The notes under the pieces are model-generated. The model had not been told where the DNA came from, did no database searches, and worked only from the letters and a program-made list of their open reading frames with translations. 64,000 nt of DNA from Spirochaetaceae bacterium (lineage in GTDB: Bacteria > Spirochaetota > Spirochaetia > DSM-27196 > PXBQ01), in the NCBI GenBank assembly GCA_007695285.1, contig REEC01000123.1:3351-67350 (forward strand), written 5' to 3'. Below are positions 62,622 to 64,000 of the stretch, one piece after another (the stretch's first letter is position 1; each line of letters begins with the position of its first letter). The translations under genes were made by a program, and so were the position numbers.

Positions 62622-63449
62622 ATGAGCAAAATTCCATTTATTACCTTTCCAACCGGACAGTCCGTTCCGCAGTTCGGCCTCGGCACTTGGGAACTCACCG
62701 GCGACGCCTGTCGAAGATCGGTCGCCGACGCACTCGCGATGGGTTACAAACACATCGACACCGCGGTCGGGTACAGCAACCACACCGACGTCGCGGTGGG
62801 AATCAAGGATTCCGGCGTTGCGCGTGATTCGTTCTTCCTCACAACGAAAATCCCACCGAGTAAGTTGGCGCGGTCGCAGGTGATCGAGGTCGGGAAGACG
62901 TCGGTGAAAGAACTCGGCGTCGAGTACGTCGATCTGCTTTTGATTCATTGGCCCACGCGCAAGGTTCCGCTCGAGGAAACGATCGGAGCGATGAACGAGC
63001 TCGTGAAGTCGGGTATCACGCGAGCGATCGGCGTGAGCAACTTCAACCAGGACCTTGTCACCGAGGCGTGCCGCCTCTCGGACGCACCGATCTGTACAAA
63101 CCAGGTCGAGTATCATCCGTACCTCAACCAGACCGAGCTGCTGAAGACGTGCACCGACCTCGGCGTCGTGATCACGGCGTACTCGCCGCTCACGCGCGGC
63201 AAAGTCTTCTCGGACGATACCCTCAAAGCAATTGCGATCAAACACAAAACGACAGTGTCTCAAGTTGTGATCGCGTGGCTGATCTCGAAAGGCATCATCG
63301 TGATCCCGAAGGCGAGCGGAAAAGCGCACCTCGAAGACAACCTTGCCGGCGTCTCGCTTCAGCTCGACGTCGACGACGTGACGACGATCGAGAATATTCC
63401 CGAGACCATTCGACTCGTCGACGGGAGCTGGGTCGAGTACCCGTTCTAA
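62622..63449 (+). CDS. aldo/keto reductase (2,5-diketo-D-gluconate reductase-like)
   Basis: VPQFGLGTWEL, GYKHIDTA, LLIHWP and IPKASGKAHLEDN. Confidence 0.9.
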   Translation: MSKIPFITFPTGQSVPQFGLGTWELTGDACRRSVADALAMGYKHIDTAVGYSNHTDVAVGIKDSGVARDSFFLTTKIPPSKLARSQVIEVGKTSVKELGVEYVDLLLIHWPTRKVPLEETIGAMNELVKSGITRAIGVSNFNQDLVTEACRLSDAPICTNQVEYHPYLNQTELLKTCTDLGVVITAYSPLTRGKVFSDDTLKAIAIKHKTTVSQVVIAWLISKGIIVIPKASGKAHLEDNLAGVSLQLDVDDVTTIENIPETIRLVDGSWVEYPF

Positions 63450-63476
63450 ACGGCTACGCAGCCGCCGGCCGCCGAT

Positions 63477-64000
63477 CTACGCGGGTTTTTTCCCGACGAC
63501 CGTGATGCTGAAAATACCGTTGCCGGATGCCCGGTAGGCCGCGATCTCGGCTTTCGAGAGTAACGGCGCGAGCTGCGCGTCGGGCAGATCGATCCGGCGT
63601 TCCTCTTTCACGACGACGTCGACGAAGCCGAAGTCGGCGATGGTCGAGAGATACTCGGAGCGCTCGATCGCGCCCGCGACGCACCCTGCGTACATCTCGG
63701 CCGACCGCCGTACTGCCGCGGGCAACTGCCCGACCGTCACGATGTCCGAGACGCAAAAATGAGCTCCGGGTTTCAGCACGCGCAGGATCTCCGAAAACGC
63801 AGCGCGTTTGTCCGGCACGAGATTGAGCACGCAGTTCGACACGACGACGTCGATAGACGCCTCGCCAAGCGGAATGTTCTCAATCTCGCCGAGCACAAAC
63901 TCTACGTTTTTCGCATCACGCGCCGTCGCGTTCCTGCACGCGAGTTCGATCATATCGGGAGTCATGTCGAGTCCGATTACAGACCCGGACGGCCCCACCT
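63477..64000 (-). CDS. arsM: arsenite methyltransferase-like SAM-dependent methyltransferase (N-terminus outside the window)
   Basis: [30 protein letters not shown] and [10 protein letters not shown] are typical of ArsM/AS3MT. The frame is open to the window end. Confidence 0.6.
   Translation of the reverse strand, partial: VGPSGSVIGLDMTPDMIELACRNATARDAKNVEFVLGEIENIPLGEASIDVVVSNCVLNLVPDKRAAFSEILRVLKPGAHFCVSDIVTVGQLPAAVRRSAEMYAGCVAGAIERSEYLSTIADFGFVDVVVKEERRIDLPDAQLAPLLSKAEIAAYRASGNGIFSITVVGKKPA

Overview
This is a GC-rich, densely coding bacterial chromosomal segment with about 60 protein genes on both strands and one tRNA-Ala(GGC). I saw no rRNA, CRISPR array, transposase, integrase or phage genes.

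Gene content:
- Housekeeping genes: aspS, serA, radA, lspA, rsmI, flgM, ptsI, Nif3, HIT, a TrmH-family methylase, and a glutaredoxin/OsmC pair.
- A large set of apparently cytoplasmic carbohydrate enzymes: GH2 lacZ, GH31, GH42, sulfatase, glycosylasparaginase, ThuA plus Gfo/Idh/MocA, two aldo-keto reductases, and an enolase-superfamily dehydratase next to an RraA-like protein.
- A metal-homeostasis trio: COG0523 GTPase, RcnA/NicO-like permease and an HMA protein.
- Several signalling modules.

Most interesting observations:
1. A divergent paralogue pair in which an unrecognised ~190-aa domain is fused to an HU/IHF DNA-binding domain and also encoded alone (2270-3771).
2. A tight four-gene Ser/Thr phospho-signalling operon: PPP-type phosphatase, Hanks kinase, TM-FHA protein and vWA-TM-FHA protein (about 3.8-9.2 kb). 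The phosphatase catalytic motif I lies upstream of any ATG/GTG/TTG start.
3. A perfect sigma-54 promoter between an NtrC-type activator gene and a secreted-protein gene (244-258).
4. An ABC exporter with an in-frame loss of TM helices 3-6.
5. An Fe-ADH-fold protein that seems to lack all three metal-binding histidines.
6. An 80-aa remnant of a peptide-binding lipoprotein.

Gene content (FlgM, a cyclophilin-FKBP fusion, a GHKL-HDOD protein, TPR lipoproteins) is reminiscent of a high-GC spirochaete, but that is only an impression.

All calls come from reading the ORF translations and the DNA by eye. Start codons are approximate and no database search was possible.
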